A DNA stretch of 64,000 bases from the IMG/VR virus record IMGVR_UViG_3300031519_004559, one strand, 5' to 3'. The notes beneath the pieces are model-generated. The model had not been told where the DNA came from, did not search any database, and saw only the letters and a list, made by a program, of their open reading frames with translations. This DNA is from a virus. The stretch's first letter is position 1; every line of letters starts with the position of its first letter. The position numbers and the translations under genes were made by a program. This document shows positions 30,201 through 37,171 of this stretch, piece after piece.

Positions 30201-31016
30201 ATGCGTATTAAGTTAAAAGAAAACTTAGATGAGAACGACACTGTTGAAACTTTCCATTTTGCAAAAGAAACTTTGAAAAATAAGTTTGGATGGCGACAAT
30301 TTAAAGATATATTAAACAGAGATATCTATAAGAGATTAGATGGTAGACAAAATTACAGATTATCTGAACCATTAGCATTTAATGATAAGGTAATTACAGT
30401 AGATAATAGTACTAATTTACCTGACCCAGTTCCAGGATCAAAGTATCCGGGTGTAATATTTGTTGACAATGAACGTATAGAATACTTTAGAAAGACTGGT
30501 AATACTCTTGGACAGCTAAGAAGAGGAACATTGGGTACTGGAATTAAATCAATTTATTCTGTAGGCACAGAGCTGTATGATCAAAGTCAAACAGCAACTA
30601 TGCCATATAAGGACGAAGTATTAACAAGTACATTTACAGCTGATGGTACATCAGCAGCTTATGATCTTGACTTTACTCCTGCTAGTGTAAACGAGTTTGA
30701 AGTATTTGTTGCAGGTCGTAGACTAAGAAAAACAGCATTAGAGTCGTATCAGTTAGATACAACGTTGCGTACAACATATGCAACATCGACAGAACAAATT
30801 AGTCAAGATTCTCCATTAGGAGATGTAACTTTACCAGCAGAGTTTAGCATACAGAACAGCAACGAATTAGTGTTGCTAGAAACACCAGGAGTAAATCAAA
30901 AGGTAATAGTAATAAGAAAACAAGGTAGAATATGGAATGTTCCAGGCACAGCGTTAAGTAATGCAGAATCCGACATTAGTAGATTCTTAAGATCAGCAAC
31001 GGTTGACTTACCCTGA
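15264..31016 (+). CDS. Giant (5250 aa) baseplate wedge/adhesin protein, gp7 position
   Basis: Follows gp6 with TAATG coupling; N-terminal LPRYFRT...FLSSTLDQL; FG-GAP-like repeats, GxGY..AP repeats, F.xDGST..F repeats, C-terminal LRRGTLGT. Confidence 0.75.
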   Translation: MAYDKDQMEPALPGGDDSIRRKSENHLPRYFRTSHNSKFLSSTLDQLIQPGVAEKLNGYLGRKVSKAFKPTDNYIGAVTSSREQYQLEPAAVIKDNLGNVTYYKDYNDYINTVSNLGGSVTDHSRLNTQETYAWNPHIDWDKFTNYREYYWLPNGPDLVTVIGQTKDVISTYTVALGQNVDNVTYVFSPDGLTNNPTLKLYRGQTYRFEIDTPNHPMAFATKKSFTPGEAVVIETTDGVRSSGVFDVVLYDQDGTAYDAGGFIIDPVTQAQAVGSVSFGDATNTSLIYDTGISKVDADGNALATVYIEKGIIEFTIPDTAPDALYYISKNDPNVAGYMQIFDIEDNTAINVEADILGKKTYTTSNGFALSNGMKVEFAGEVTPVKYASNEWYVEGVGDKIKLVRQSDLTVSGSFTDDISVPFDAQGFDFYPFSDAIGYPTKKDYIVINRASLDGNLWSRYNRWFHKSVVETSNTLSNNPSTILEDSRAKRPIIEFNQGLKLFNFGTKSKTDVDLVDTFTTDIFSTIEGSAGYNVDGVNLTNGMRVLFTADTDDLVSGKIYKVSFITFRNNIQISLVEETDTPPVTNENVFVKFGTVNGGKFFSYNGTTWTVSQQKTSINQQPLFDMYDAKGNAFSNTTNYNSTTFAGNKIFAYKVGTGTNDAELGFPLSYRNITNTGDITFDFALTGNTFTYQVGTVLYTSKTETGFLRKYSTIDTFEYTNGWLKTAKLSNQPVIRQYIYDNTTDNFYIDVYNNVDYITNLWLTVYLNNKLQFKDVDYTVAQDVNGVSYITFANSLTTDDVIVLKTKSKYPKNDNGYYEIAKNLERNPLNDDITEFTLGEVNDHVSTIVEEINNFSGVFPGPSNLRDIGNLSANGKKFLKHSGPINLAMYHLVDPQANIVKSMRYARREYGKFKRQFLETANTLGFEGPVKEHVDNILKEMNKDKTSSMPFYFSDMIPQGGSVKTTHAVLDSDERYFPLSATFSMSVLSRKAVQIYLNGTQLTHGKDYTFNSEGFADVTATKAVGDAIDVYEYDSTNASFAPPTPTKLGLYPAYHPQIYTDNTPVVPVTVIEGHDGSKFVGYDDFRDNLLLELELRIYNNIKISYDTNIFDIHNLLPGKDRDTGFTRQEINSSMTADFLQWNQLVDGDYVSNSGFDRNNAFTFNYSSTRYKNGTQNLPGHWRQTYMYAFDTDRPHTHPWEMLGFTIKPTWWETTYGPAPYTRNNKVLWQDLEQGIVREPKKSIVVRSKYIRPGLQTTIPTDDGGNLLSPNASGILDNFNSEYVTDNWVVGDGGPVESGWRRSSEYPFSLITAYIQNQPNAIFAAGFDRSRQKRNLANQIVYGDSGVSIKLSNIVFPNTIDDTSQIFTSGLINYISNYLSSNTAASYTKYKQNLVAIKNQIGSKIAGYTDKEKFRLILDSRTPTNEGNVFIPKENYNLILNTSSPIQTVSYSGVMIEKQAEGYVIRGYDNFVPNFKYYKRIVRTNDPIINVGGISESFVNFDSDKTYSVGQIIKTGESFLRVTTTHISSTNIDASKFATIPELPLIGGAVASMPRVFEDTLSTLNYGDKLSTLQDVVDFLYGYGKYLTDQGFAFEERIEGSNEVANWPTSAKQFMFWTTQNWAAGTLITISPGAKKLKLQSSYSVVDNIYDTFYGYSILKGDGKKLNSEYIRIAKGVENECTVTVVNSADGIFAARFPLVQKEHVLLLDNKTVFNDVIYDPAPGYRQERIKVLGYRTDNWNGSLNIPGFIYDNANAVEWEAWSDYTIGDLVKYKEFYYSADKKVTGTQLFNADDWNRLDKKPEAGLLTNFDYKINQFADFYDLDSDNFDTEQQRLAQHLIGYQKRTYLENIINDDVSQYKFYQGFILDKGSKNSLTKLFDALASADQESLEFFEEWAIKDGQYGASEGFEEVEYLLDETQFRLDPQPILLTDTGTGQETDLVYRIKDHETYLKSNNYDHSPFPTKYIQKGYTKDSGYVNPKDVDLVVSTYNDIANKNFDDINSQDYVWVGNVNQSWSVYQHVITDYIIEAVETSAGEFTITVNATPLDISTGDVLGLFNLLIKTYAPGQFDSALDLTQTVSPIKGFYKVKSVALNKITFETTETIVAVEECEGKLSKFISVRVGNLSEANTLAEQEIDAEEKLWIDNAGNDKWLVLQNKNKFNVQQELSNSETGTDHNYGTSIAVDDRNVRLAVGAPDLGDNGKVFVYNRSSNALNYTLSQVLDPEANITATGQKYGYDVSMSGDGEYIIVGAPYASNVKTNFKNAFSTTANYAAGDIVSLNNGLWQADDAILGAVSNITFNSFDSVAQINYDINNYTQDAVDIPVILTGDYPFKNITTDHFLLRAPKAMYDGSGQGDQIYLRWNSLANANQTQINLTTRAPFDGSIPYLSKEYLESEHTISYKIDAILYIDASNNIPAVGDIVTTQGATATVVYVHNESAQLTIYVNNINGEFPLENSLFINGNDFIGEYQRIGPNESITTTGSWGGYWFIQSSNPYAVGSTNADAGRSLVFKDFVSISDVATDSTLDGYYYNSLDYATSIQNSESVINSFIQTLSFTGTPGPLGSSTPVVSRKFVVRAPKLLSDASSAGEKFTLYLNNLPDTVTTVKFDSLLSIGAGEIITQAVTGATAVVLENTTSSYTAKVNSITGSFDLINLLSFSSSGNLGIKLTELPVQSFISDPSAIGLNFSATNKEHTIDDIWDGYISFVNTKFLNGEPFEPIVGQTVRDKSTQATAEVAYYQRSLNNVTIFVKNVSGNWSLGNQFGNNAEIEMMPYAPGPNPDVYGRSGIYTIPRVMGQIQRVNLGTDSAGIGKLFVVDTNANITAPAGDFRTASQLGAKIVNNSLTGDFAYLEPDTNFEYWMYKQTVINGIPRSANTPTSDNLDWTEVYKVPTASTGSIGDTPFTNEGIYYIYQKNNGGIYISLGSFVGPERQSNNYLGSIVEVTKSATGIYRGFVSAPADTTVSNPGKIYFLKNGTENGILYNWEYAKNKNYKGEFNASSSYFTGNIVSLDDKLYNAVTNITAGTFNALQWNSTDDLIDYVGYVPNDTGVSIINDSSYDLSTVLDQGLLYDFANSFDVTPDGEVLIVNAKYGNGKPNLVVVYRILNGQYQRSQQLTSPSNTEAFGESIAISTDGKLIAVSAPLDDTNKNNQGKVYIYKKVNEIFVFSQTLMSPNNKTSQFFGDKIDFDGNRLVVNSKNGNNWVDTTFDVYSSPTGVGYTLDKTSTKNLSSTVFDNDFTTYKKQYEQQGSIYVYEVINDTLMYAQQLQYQNTTSAVTEFGKDFKLKNNHVYVGLPKVSVNAVYTGSVIDFRIPDNKMIWETLRQPKDAVDISKIKRAILYNVKTNKLLTYLDYIDPVQGKVAGPAEQNLTYKTYYDPAYYTVGDNNVTVMPSASWGAEQVGELWWNLTNAKYLNAYQSDVIFSANNWSQLFDSNTVDVYEWVESDVLPSVWNSQTNQTAAVVDGIDGTSLYADTVYSSRQTYDKISGTLGIKYYFWVKNKRTMPDVDFRTISSFDVAKLIEDPKGQGYKFAALISENSFTLYNCESLLENKDVAFSLQYWTIDNQDINIHNQYQIVTDGLSTSKPNRDIERKWFDSLVGYDEQSKQVPSPNLSPKQKYGILNSPRQSWFVNSAEALKQVMERVNAVLLENLIIDNKDLTKIKASALQPSVVSREFDTTVDTVADLEFIGVAKAQQATMQLTVNDGVITNVVVLNAGRGYLVAPTYKIVGTGTGAELEFTINNLGVITNVSVVNGGTNYSSTAVITIRRYTALVKTDETILGKWALYERDSTARIWQRTASQSYDVTLFWDYIDWYATGYTQFTETNFVIEGAYQLPSINDTIGDVVKINNVGSGGWLLLRKITNQANVDYTINYETIGRQNGTIKFKNTLYDTTASATGFDIISFDSQFFDSVPSTEIRAVLNCIKHDLFTEELALEYNKLFFASLRYVFSEQQNVDWAFKTSFVKAKHNVGQLREDITFNNDSLPSYEKYLEEVKPFKTKLREYLSAYEKLDNSQSRVTDFDLQPIYNDTTKLIEPQNVKVVGDTLIGINDSLETYPFKNWTDNVGFKVTEIQIANGGSGYTQAPTIKLTGGGGTGATAIAKLGVNGTVTSVEVTNKGSSYITAPTLMLTGSVSETGKNAKLSVILGDGLTRGMLNVVKFDRVSGDYSITSINETETFTGTGSKYIYELKWPMDLKTTNVTVTVNNIELLRSEYSFINIKDSTTTSYTRYHGKITLAEPTPVNTSIVITYKKAISLLTAQDRINIAYNPVTGQFAKDLGQLMDGVDYGGVEVKSFDFGGPTGWDTAPWFTSEYDTYDQTFEDETFTLDGSTISVTLATPLESGVVYNLYKNGVRLDDPDWVNDSSQFTNPNAVMRSITGDGVQTLIELDELGISNGANDVIVIRKSTSDGSFLPVPGTYDTLIEGGALEYNTAKGILAEEINIDGDGFATTANSGGPDENLPGRVFDTVDIKVYERPTGGSSKIHSRNYVGDGTTTDYDIGTTPILDELVFVKVNNVIQTAYTIDYETNKVKFTTAPTLASKINLVTLDYSGTNILDLDEFISDGSTADFLTNITHTPNLSSLVTIDGKKVEHVLTKSNNTYAAENRIVIRFAEPPKIDAVVKYAIFEGPIQNFSAVTIDEFIADGSTILFDLTQTPFTQKPHEWFTIVQVNNTILNAGYSQKYVMTESREYQLKLWQVPTGSVRSGQLRIYLNGQKINYIDDWSFTSAGQYNSALDADDQLGSAVLLNASVGAPGDILRIYIVGQEDSTAAGGDYRYGYFDNDNNFVEDDGKLSIYSTLSNGDKVKVYQFSNHDTQGIERQSLDVVERTLLSPGVAANRQVFEIDGSTANLNLLPPLAARKQYAVYLNNTRIDDPNYNTAQQTNDNAVLLTITGAEQTIFDAQATGLVLITGDILEIVELGASVTPDSGTADWYELRQLRAGYINLQSPAVDDQYVWVVKNGTLLDPSVDYVVTPNKMRIKLKENLDENDTVETFHFAKETLKNKFGWRQFKDILNRDIYKRLDGRQNYRLSEPLAFNDKVITVDNSTNLPDPVPGSKYPGVIFVDNERIEYFRKTGNTLGQLRRGTLGTGIKSIYSVGTELYDQSQTATMPYKDEVLTSTFTADGTSAAYDLDFTPASVNEFEVFVAGRRLRKTALESYQLDTTLRTTYATSTEQISQDSPLGDVTLPAEFSIQNSNELVLLETPGVNQKVIVIRKQGRIWNVPGTALSNAESDISRFLRSATVDLP

Positions 31017-31022
31017 TAAATA
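31017..31022 (+). promoter_or_regulatory. Putative late promoter TAAATA
   Basis: GATAAATA immediately after the giant gene stop; AGGA SD and ATG 31041 follow. Confidence 0.6.
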
Positions 31023-31040
31023 ACACAGTAGGATATAAAA

Positions 31041-31655
31041 ATGAACGATAACTTTAAAGAAAAAAACGGTATACTGATCAAAGGTCATATCAAAATACAT
31101 AACCCGGAAACGGGGGAAATTTTCATTGATAAAAATAATGCTATTCATTATGAAAATATGAGTATTGCATTAGCAGACAGCGTTGGCAATAGAGGCAACG
31201 GCTGGATATATGAAATGAGCTTTGGCAACGGCGGTACTAGCGTTGATCCTACAGGCATTATTACATACTTGACGCCAAACTCTACAGGAACAAATGCAAG
31301 TTTGTATAATCAGACGTATACAAAAATTGTAGATGATAACAGTGTAAACAACACTGATCCGGTTAGAAATAAGATCGAAACAAGACACGTTAGTGGTACA
31401 AACTATACAGATGTATTAATAACATGTTTACTAGATTACGGCGAACCTAGTGGCCAGGATGCGTTTGATACGGCAACAGATCAAAACAGTTTATATGTAT
31501 TTGACGAGCTGGGATTAAAAGGGTATTCAGCGTCAGGTACTGGAAATTTACTAACACATGTTGTTTTCCACCCTGTCCAAAAGTCTTTGAACAGGTTAAT
31601 TCAAATTGATTATACTGTAAGGATACAAAGTCTTGCAGGGACGGTTGGGGAATAA
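31041..31655 (+). CDS. Baseplate/tail-fibre attachment structural protein
   Basis: GHIKI...NAIH, MSFGNGG, FDELGL...LLTHVVFHPVQKS..R.IQIDYTV pattern typical of baseplate peripheral proteins. Confidence 0.6.
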   Translation: MNDNFKEKNGILIKGHIKIHNPETGEIFIDKNNAIHYENMSIALADSVGNRGNGWIYEMSFGNGGTSVDPTGIITYLTPNSTGTNASLYNQTYTKIVDDNSVNNTDPVRNKIETRHVSGTNYTDVLITCLLDYGEPSGQDAFDTATDQNSLYVFDELGLKGYSASGTGNLLTHVVFHPVQKSLNRLIQIDYTVRIQSLAGTVGE

Positions 31656-31658
31656 TAA

Positions 31659-33674
31659 ATGGCATATACAATAGCATATACTGATCAAGCTAACAAAGGT
31701 ACAATTACTGTAGAAGATAATACTATCAATACAGAGACTGGGCTAGGCTTACCAGGCAGAAACGCAACAGCATATGGTACAACGATCGCTTCAAACTTTT
31801 TACATATATTAGAAAACTTTGCTAGTGCTACACAACCGTCAACACCAGTTGAAGGACAGTTATGGTACGATACAGCTCCAGGAACAGAACAATTAAAAGT
31901 TTATGACGGAACAAATTGGGTAGCTAGTGGAGGCCTTAAGAAAGCAAGTACTGCTCCTCAAGCAGGACAAAGTTTAATTGGAGACCTTTGGGTTGACACT
32001 GATAACCAGCAGTTGTATCTGTTTAGTGGATCGGGTTGGGTATTAGTAGGACCTAACTTTAGTGATGGGCTTGTAACGGGAGCATTACCAATTACAGTTA
32101 TTGGTACTGACGACTTAACTTACAACGTATTACAAATTGAAGTTGATGCTAAGCCAGTAGCACTTATTACAACTAAATCGTTTACGCCTAAAGTTGTAAT
32201 TCCAGGATTTAGTACACTAAGCCCCGGTATCAATCTTTCTGCAAATAATATCGAAGGCGCCGGAGTACCTAAGTTTTACGGTACTGCTGAAAAAGCAGAA
32301 GGATTAATTGTAAGTGGTAATACTATTGCTGCAGGAAACTTCCTTAGAGGCGATGTTACAAGTACAACGGCTTTTCCTATTAATGTTCAAAACAATACAG
32401 GAATAAATTACGGTATTAATGCAGAAATGAATATCGGTGTTGAAGGCAACGCTGGTGTATTCCAACATAATATTGCTGGGTCCTCAATGGACTTTAAAGT
32501 TAAGAACGATGGCATCTTAAAAAATGTTCTTCGATTAGATAGTAATTTAAAAGTTGGCGTTAATAATGTTGCACCTGACCAAGAATTAGACGTTACTGGT
32601 AACATACAAGCTAGTGGGTTAATTAATACTACTTCAACTGTAAACAGTACAACGTTTAGTAACGGTAGTATTAGAACAGCAGGCGGATTAGGAGTTTCTC
32701 AAGATGTTAATATTGGCGGAGCACTAACTGTCACAGGCGTAACAACAACTAGAAATGTTCTACCTAATGAAAATAATACTAAAAGTATTGGTAGTACAAG
32801 TGCAAAATATGCAAATATATATGCAACTACTTTTGTGGGCAACTTAACAGGTAATGTAAGCGGCACAGTTTCTGGTAGAGCTGGAAGTGCAGACAGAATA
32901 ACAAGTGCAACAACATTTAGATTTTCAGGAGATATCACAGCCGCAGATGTAGTATTTGACGGACAAACTGGTGGTACACTAAAAGTTTTTAATACTTCTA
33001 TTAGTAATGACATCGTTGCAGGAAAAACAAACGTATTAACATCACAAGCTGATGATGAATTTTTAATTAACAGAACTTCTGGTGATACTGGATTAAAGAA
33101 AATTAATAGAATTAATTTGTTTTCAGCTATCCAAGGACTTACTCCTGTAGGTACTGTTGTATCATTTGCAGGTGGATCAGCGCCAATAGGATGGTTAATT
33201 TGTGATGGTACAGAGTATTTAATAAGTCAATACGGGTCATTGTATGGTGTTGTTGGTACAACATATAAGGCGTCACCAACGTCGGGGTTTTTTGCATTAC
33301 CTGACTTGCGTGGAAGATTCTTACTTGGACCAGACAACATGGGAGGCACAAGTGCTAATGTTGTAACATCAGGATCTGCAGATGTTGTTGGTGCTAAAGA
33401 CGGTGCTGAAACTATTACAATTGCAACTGAAAACTTGCCAGAACATGAACATGATCTTAGAGGCGAAAGCGGTGACCAGTACTATGCTACAAGAGATGTT
33501 TCTGGAACACCAAACGATAACGATGCAATTATTTATGATTCACCAACTGGCACAGGAGCTGGCCAAGCCTATCCTGCAAGTGGTGGTGTTTTAACAGATA
33601 ATAGCTTAGGACAAGCAATAAGTGTTATGAATCCATATATGACAATGAATTTCATAATTTATACTGGAGGGTAA
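31659..33674 (+). CDS. Tail fibre with phage tail-collar domain
   Basis: PVGTVVSFAGGSAPIGWLICDG...LPDLRGRF, LPEHEH, MNPYMTMNFIIYTG; shared N-terminal LENFA...GQLWYD module. Confidence 0.85.
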   Translation: MAYTIAYTDQANKGTITVEDNTINTETGLGLPGRNATAYGTTIASNFLHILENFASATQPSTPVEGQLWYDTAPGTEQLKVYDGTNWVASGGLKKASTAPQAGQSLIGDLWVDTDNQQLYLFSGSGWVLVGPNFSDGLVTGALPITVIGTDDLTYNVLQIEVDAKPVALITTKSFTPKVVIPGFSTLSPGINLSANNIEGAGVPKFYGTAEKAEGLIVSGNTIAAGNFLRGDVTSTTAFPINVQNNTGINYGINAEMNIGVEGNAGVFQHNIAGSSMDFKVKNDGILKNVLRLDSNLKVGVNNVAPDQELDVTGNIQASGLINTTSTVNSTTFSNGSIRTAGGLGVSQDVNIGGALTVTGVTTTRNVLPNENNTKSIGSTSAKYANIYATTFVGNLTGNVSGTVSGRAGSADRITSATTFRFSGDITAADVVFDGQTGGTLKVFNTSISNDIVAGKTNVLTSQADDEFLINRTSGDTGLKKINRINLFSAIQGLTPVGTVVSFAGGSAPIGWLICDGTEYLISQYGSLYGVVGTTYKASPTSGFFALPDLRGRFLLGPDNMGGTSANVVTSGSADVVGAKDGAETITIATENLPEHEHDLRGESGDQYYATRDVSGTPNDNDAIIYDSPTGTGAGQAYPASGGVLTDNSLGQAISVMNPYMTMNFIIYTGG

Positions 33675-33679
33675 AGTTA

Positions 33680-35611
33680 GTGAGTTATAGACTAAACAGA
33701 ACAGATGGTGCATTACTGGTAGACTTAACTGACGGTATACTCGATACAGCTACCACTGATTTAACATTAATAGGAAAGAATTACAAAGGCTTTGGAGAGT
33801 TTTTAAACGAAAACTTTATTGCATTATTAGAAAATTTTGCATCTACGTCACAACCAACTAATCCTATGGTAGGACAACTTTGGTATGATAAACAAGATAA
33901 TAGATTAAAAATTTATGACGGTGCTACTTTTAGATCTGCAACAGGCAGTGTTGTTAGTAGCACACGACCGTCAAACCTTACTACTGGCGACCTTTGGATA
34001 GACAATGAAAATAATAAATTGTATATTTGGGACGGTACTGATCTTACATTAGTAGGACCGGAATATAGTGCAGGCCAAGGAAAAAGCGGATTTGAAGTAT
34101 CAAGTCAATTAGACTCTACTGATGTTCAGCGTACTATTCTTAAACTTTTCTTAGGCGGCACATTGGTTGGAATCTACTCTCCAGAAACGTTTTACATATT
34201 GCCAGAATATGCAATAGCTGGTTATCCTCTAATTGTAGGCGATGCGCTGAACAGACAACTTCTTGAAAAAGGATTTAATGTTGTTAGTGCAGACTTTTTA
34301 TACAGAGGCACAGCTACAAGTGCAAAAGGCCTTATTGATGATGCAGGTGTTATAAGAAGTGCAAATAATTTTATTCCTACTGATGCTAACGGTGCCACAA
34401 CAGGTAGTTTAAAAATTAAAAACAGTGCCGGCCTAAGTGTAGGAGTTGGCGAAACTGAATATTCAATTTTAAAGGTTGCTGGCACTACAGTAACATTAGA
34501 AACGCAACAAAGTAATTCAGACTTTGCAATTAAAGTTAGGTCAGGCAGTAGCTTTTTACCTGCGATGTATGTAGATACTAGTGAAAGCCGTGTAGGTATA
34601 TGGAACTCTAATCCTTCATATAGTTTAGATGTAACTGGTACTGGTAGATTTTCAAGTAACCTAACAGTAGGTGGAAATTTACTTGTTGAAGGAACAACAA
34701 CGCATCTTAATACTTCAACTTTAAGAGTTGAAGATAAAAATATAGAATTAGGAATACTAGACGATAGTACAGAAGCTAACGACTCGCAAATCGACGGTGG
34801 TGGTATAATTGTTAGAAGTAGTGAAGGATCTAAAGACTGGACTTGGATAGCTGCAACAGGTAGCTGGACGTCGAATCAAGATATTAACATTATATCAGGA
34901 CCTGACAATCCTGTTCCGCAACTTAAAGTTGATGGAACTAATATTCTAAGCAGTACTGCACTAGGATCAACAGTAACTTCAGCACTAGGTTTAACACGAG
35001 TAGGTACATTAAGTGAACTAACAGTTGATAATATTAAATTAGATGCTGCTACAATTACAAGAATAAGTGGTACAGGATTAAGTATTGTTGCTGGTGGCGA
35101 CATAACAGTTGATAGTCAAAACATTACAGGTCTTGCAGAACCATCAGCCGCAACAGATGCAGCAACTAAAAATTACGTTGACGTACAGTTATATAGTAAA
35201 GATGTTATTATATCGCTTGACGTTACAGGTTTAACAAATCCTGCAGCAATTGGCGCAAGCGACGGTCCAAAAAATAGTATTGCTACACTATTACAAAATT
35301 TACAATCTGCAGCAACGTTTCAGACAGGAACTACAGCATATGTAATGGCAACGTCATATACGGGATCAACAGTTTCAGGAATCAATGTTAATATTACTAC
35401 AAGTCCTGATACATCTGGTGTATTAACAAAATCAAGTATTGCAGTGGATAAAAACAATGTAAGTAGTGCTGAAACAGTAATACAAGATATTAGTCAAAGT
35501 AATACTGCAAGTGGTGTCGTTGCACTAACGCCAATTAGGTATCTATACGAATATGTAGTGTCAGGCAGTGCTTGGACATTTGTAAGTAGATCACTACAGA
35601 CAGTAACATAA
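33680..35611 (+). CDS. Tail fibre/baseplate protein, paralog 2
   Basis: Same N-terminal module (LIGKNY...LLENFA...GQLWYD); VGI....PSYSLDVTG and DAATKNYVD fibre motifs. Confidence 0.8.
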   Translation: MSYRLNRTDGALLVDLTDGILDTATTDLTLIGKNYKGFGEFLNENFIALLENFASTSQPTNPMVGQLWYDKQDNRLKIYDGATFRSATGSVVSSTRPSNLTTGDLWIDNENNKLYIWDGTDLTLVGPEYSAGQGKSGFEVSSQLDSTDVQRTILKLFLGGTLVGIYSPETFYILPEYAIAGYPLIVGDALNRQLLEKGFNVVSADFLYRGTATSAKGLIDDAGVIRSANNFIPTDANGATTGSLKIKNSAGLSVGVGETEYSILKVAGTTVTLETQQSNSDFAIKVRSGSSFLPAMYVDTSESRVGIWNSNPSYSLDVTGTGRFSSNLTVGGNLLVEGTTTHLNTSTLRVEDKNIELGILDDSTEANDSQIDGGGIIVRSSEGSKDWTWIAATGSWTSNQDINIISGPDNPVPQLKVDGTNILSSTALGSTVTSALGLTRVGTLSELTVDNIKLDAATITRISGTGLSIVAGGDITVDSQNITGLAEPSAATDAATKNYVDVQLYSKDVIISLDVTGLTNPAAIGASDGPKNSIATLLQNLQSAATFQTGTTAYVMATSYTGSTVSGINVNITTSPDTSGVLTKSSIAVDKNNVSSAETVIQDISQSNTASGVVALTPIRYLYEYVVSGSAWTFVSRSLQTVT

Positions 35612-35623
35612 TGATAAAAGCGA

Positions 35624-35629
35624 TAAATA
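35624..35629 (+). promoter_or_regulatory. Putative late promoter TAAATA
   Basis: CGATAAATA in the intergenic gap; AGGGG SD and ATG 35651 follow. Confidence 0.65.
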
Positions 35630-35650
35630 AAGTTATAACAGGGGTAACAG

Positions 35651-37150
35651 ATGTCATATACAATTAACAAATATAACAATGTTCAGCTAACCGTTGTCGA
35701 AGACGGTACTATTGACCAAACTACAGATTTAAAATTGGTTGGTAAAAACTATGCTGGATACGGAGAAATACAAAACGAAAATTTTGTGTTTCTGTTAGAA
35801 AACTTTGCAGGAGCAAATCAACCACCAAAAGCGATCAGCGGTCAACTTTGGTTTGATACTAGTAACAGTAAACTTAAATTTTACGATGGTTCTAAATGGA
35901 GAACTACTGGAGGAGCAGAAGTTGGAGCAACCACCCCTGCTGGACTTGCTCAAGGCGATTTTTGGTGGGATACTGGAAATGAACAGTTGTATGCATACAA
36001 CGGAACGTCATTTGTATTAGTTGGCCCACAAGGCGTTGGCGACACTGTAACACAATTCCAAAGTGCAAATATTAGAGATAATGTTGGCACATCAAGACCT
36101 GTTATTAAATCTGTTATTAATGATGAAGTAATTCATATTATTAGTGCCCAACAATTTACAATTGGCACAGAAGATGCATCTGCTTATCCTGGATTTGATG
36201 TTATACGACAAGGTATAACACTTAAAAATACAATTAATTCAACAAACGGTGTTACATCAACAGGACATAGGTTCTGGGGAACATCATCAAATGCTTTAAA
36301 ACTTAATGGTATAGATGCAGCTGACTATGTTGTTTCGGTATCAGGACAATCTACTTCGTTTACAACACTTACTGAATTTTCAGACTTAGGTGTTGCAATC
36401 GGCGATGCAAATGATTTAGCAATTAAGATTGTAAATGATAACAAGGCATTACTAGCTAACGAGCAAGGTGATGCAATGTACTTTCAAGTTAATAATTCAA
36501 GTTCAGCACAAAAGATGCCATTGCGTCTAACAGCAAGTGCTATACTTCCAGGATTCAGTAATGTTACAACTTGGGCAGGCACAGAAACAGTTGACATTGG
36601 ATCTTCTGCAAATAAGTTTTCAACAATGTATGCAACGACCTTTAGTGGTACAGCAACAAACGCACAAGCATTAGAAGTTGGAGGAGTTTCACGAACTGCT
36701 TCTACTAGTGCAACAGCAAATACAGTAGCAGGCAGAGATGCATCAGGTAATTTAACAGCAAATATATTTAACGGTACATCAACAGCCGCACAGTTTGCGG
36801 ATTTAGCGGAAAAGTACACAACAGCAGAAGAACTTCCAGCAGGAACAGCAGTTGCAGTATGTGCGCTTCCAGACCACGAAGTAGCACCAGCAGATGCAAG
36901 CAATCATTGTATCGGTGTTGTTTCAACTGATCCAGCACTTATGATGAATAGTGCAGCAGAAGGACAGTACATTGGTCTTAAAGGACGCCTTCCAGTAAGA
37001 GTTAAAGGCCCTGTTAATAAAGGCCAGGCAATTTATGCTTGGAAAGATGGAGTTTGTTCAACAATCGCAACAACTGCACTAGTAGGGATTGCGCTTGAAA
37101 GCAGCGACGACGAATCAGAAAAATTAATCGAGACCGTACTTAAAGTATAA
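35651..37150 (+). CDS. Tail fibre paralog 3 with C-terminal intramolecular chaperone/autocleavage (peptidase G2-like) domain
   Basis: Shared N-terminal module; ADLAEKY...IGVVSTDPALMMN...GLKGRLPVRVKGPVNKG...VGIALE. Confidence 0.8.
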   Translation: MSYTINKYNNVQLTVVEDGTIDQTTDLKLVGKNYAGYGEIQNENFVFLLENFAGANQPPKAISGQLWFDTSNSKLKFYDGSKWRTTGGAEVGATTPAGLAQGDFWWDTGNEQLYAYNGTSFVLVGPQGVGDTVTQFQSANIRDNVGTSRPVIKSVINDEVIHIISAQQFTIGTEDASAYPGFDVIRQGITLKNTINSTNGVTSTGHRFWGTSSNALKLNGIDAADYVVSVSGQSTSFTTLTEFSDLGVAIGDANDLAIKIVNDNKALLANEQGDAMYFQVNNSSSAQKMPLRLTASAILPGFSNVTTWAGTETVDIGSSANKFSTMYATTFSGTATNAQALEVGGVSRTASTSATANTVAGRDASGNLTANIFNGTSTAAQFADLAEKYTTAEELPAGTAVAVCALPDHEVAPADASNHCIGVVSTDPALMMNSAAEGQYIGLKGRLPVRVKGPVNKGQAIYAWKDGVCSTIATTALVGIALESSDDESEKLIETVLKV

Positions 37151-37153
37151 GTA
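37146..37153 (+). promoter_or_regulatory. Putative late promoter TATAAGTA
   Basis: One mismatch from T4 TATAAATA; AAGGA SD and ATG 37172 follow. Confidence 0.5.
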
Positions 37154-37171
37154 TAAAAAAGGAAATGAAAA

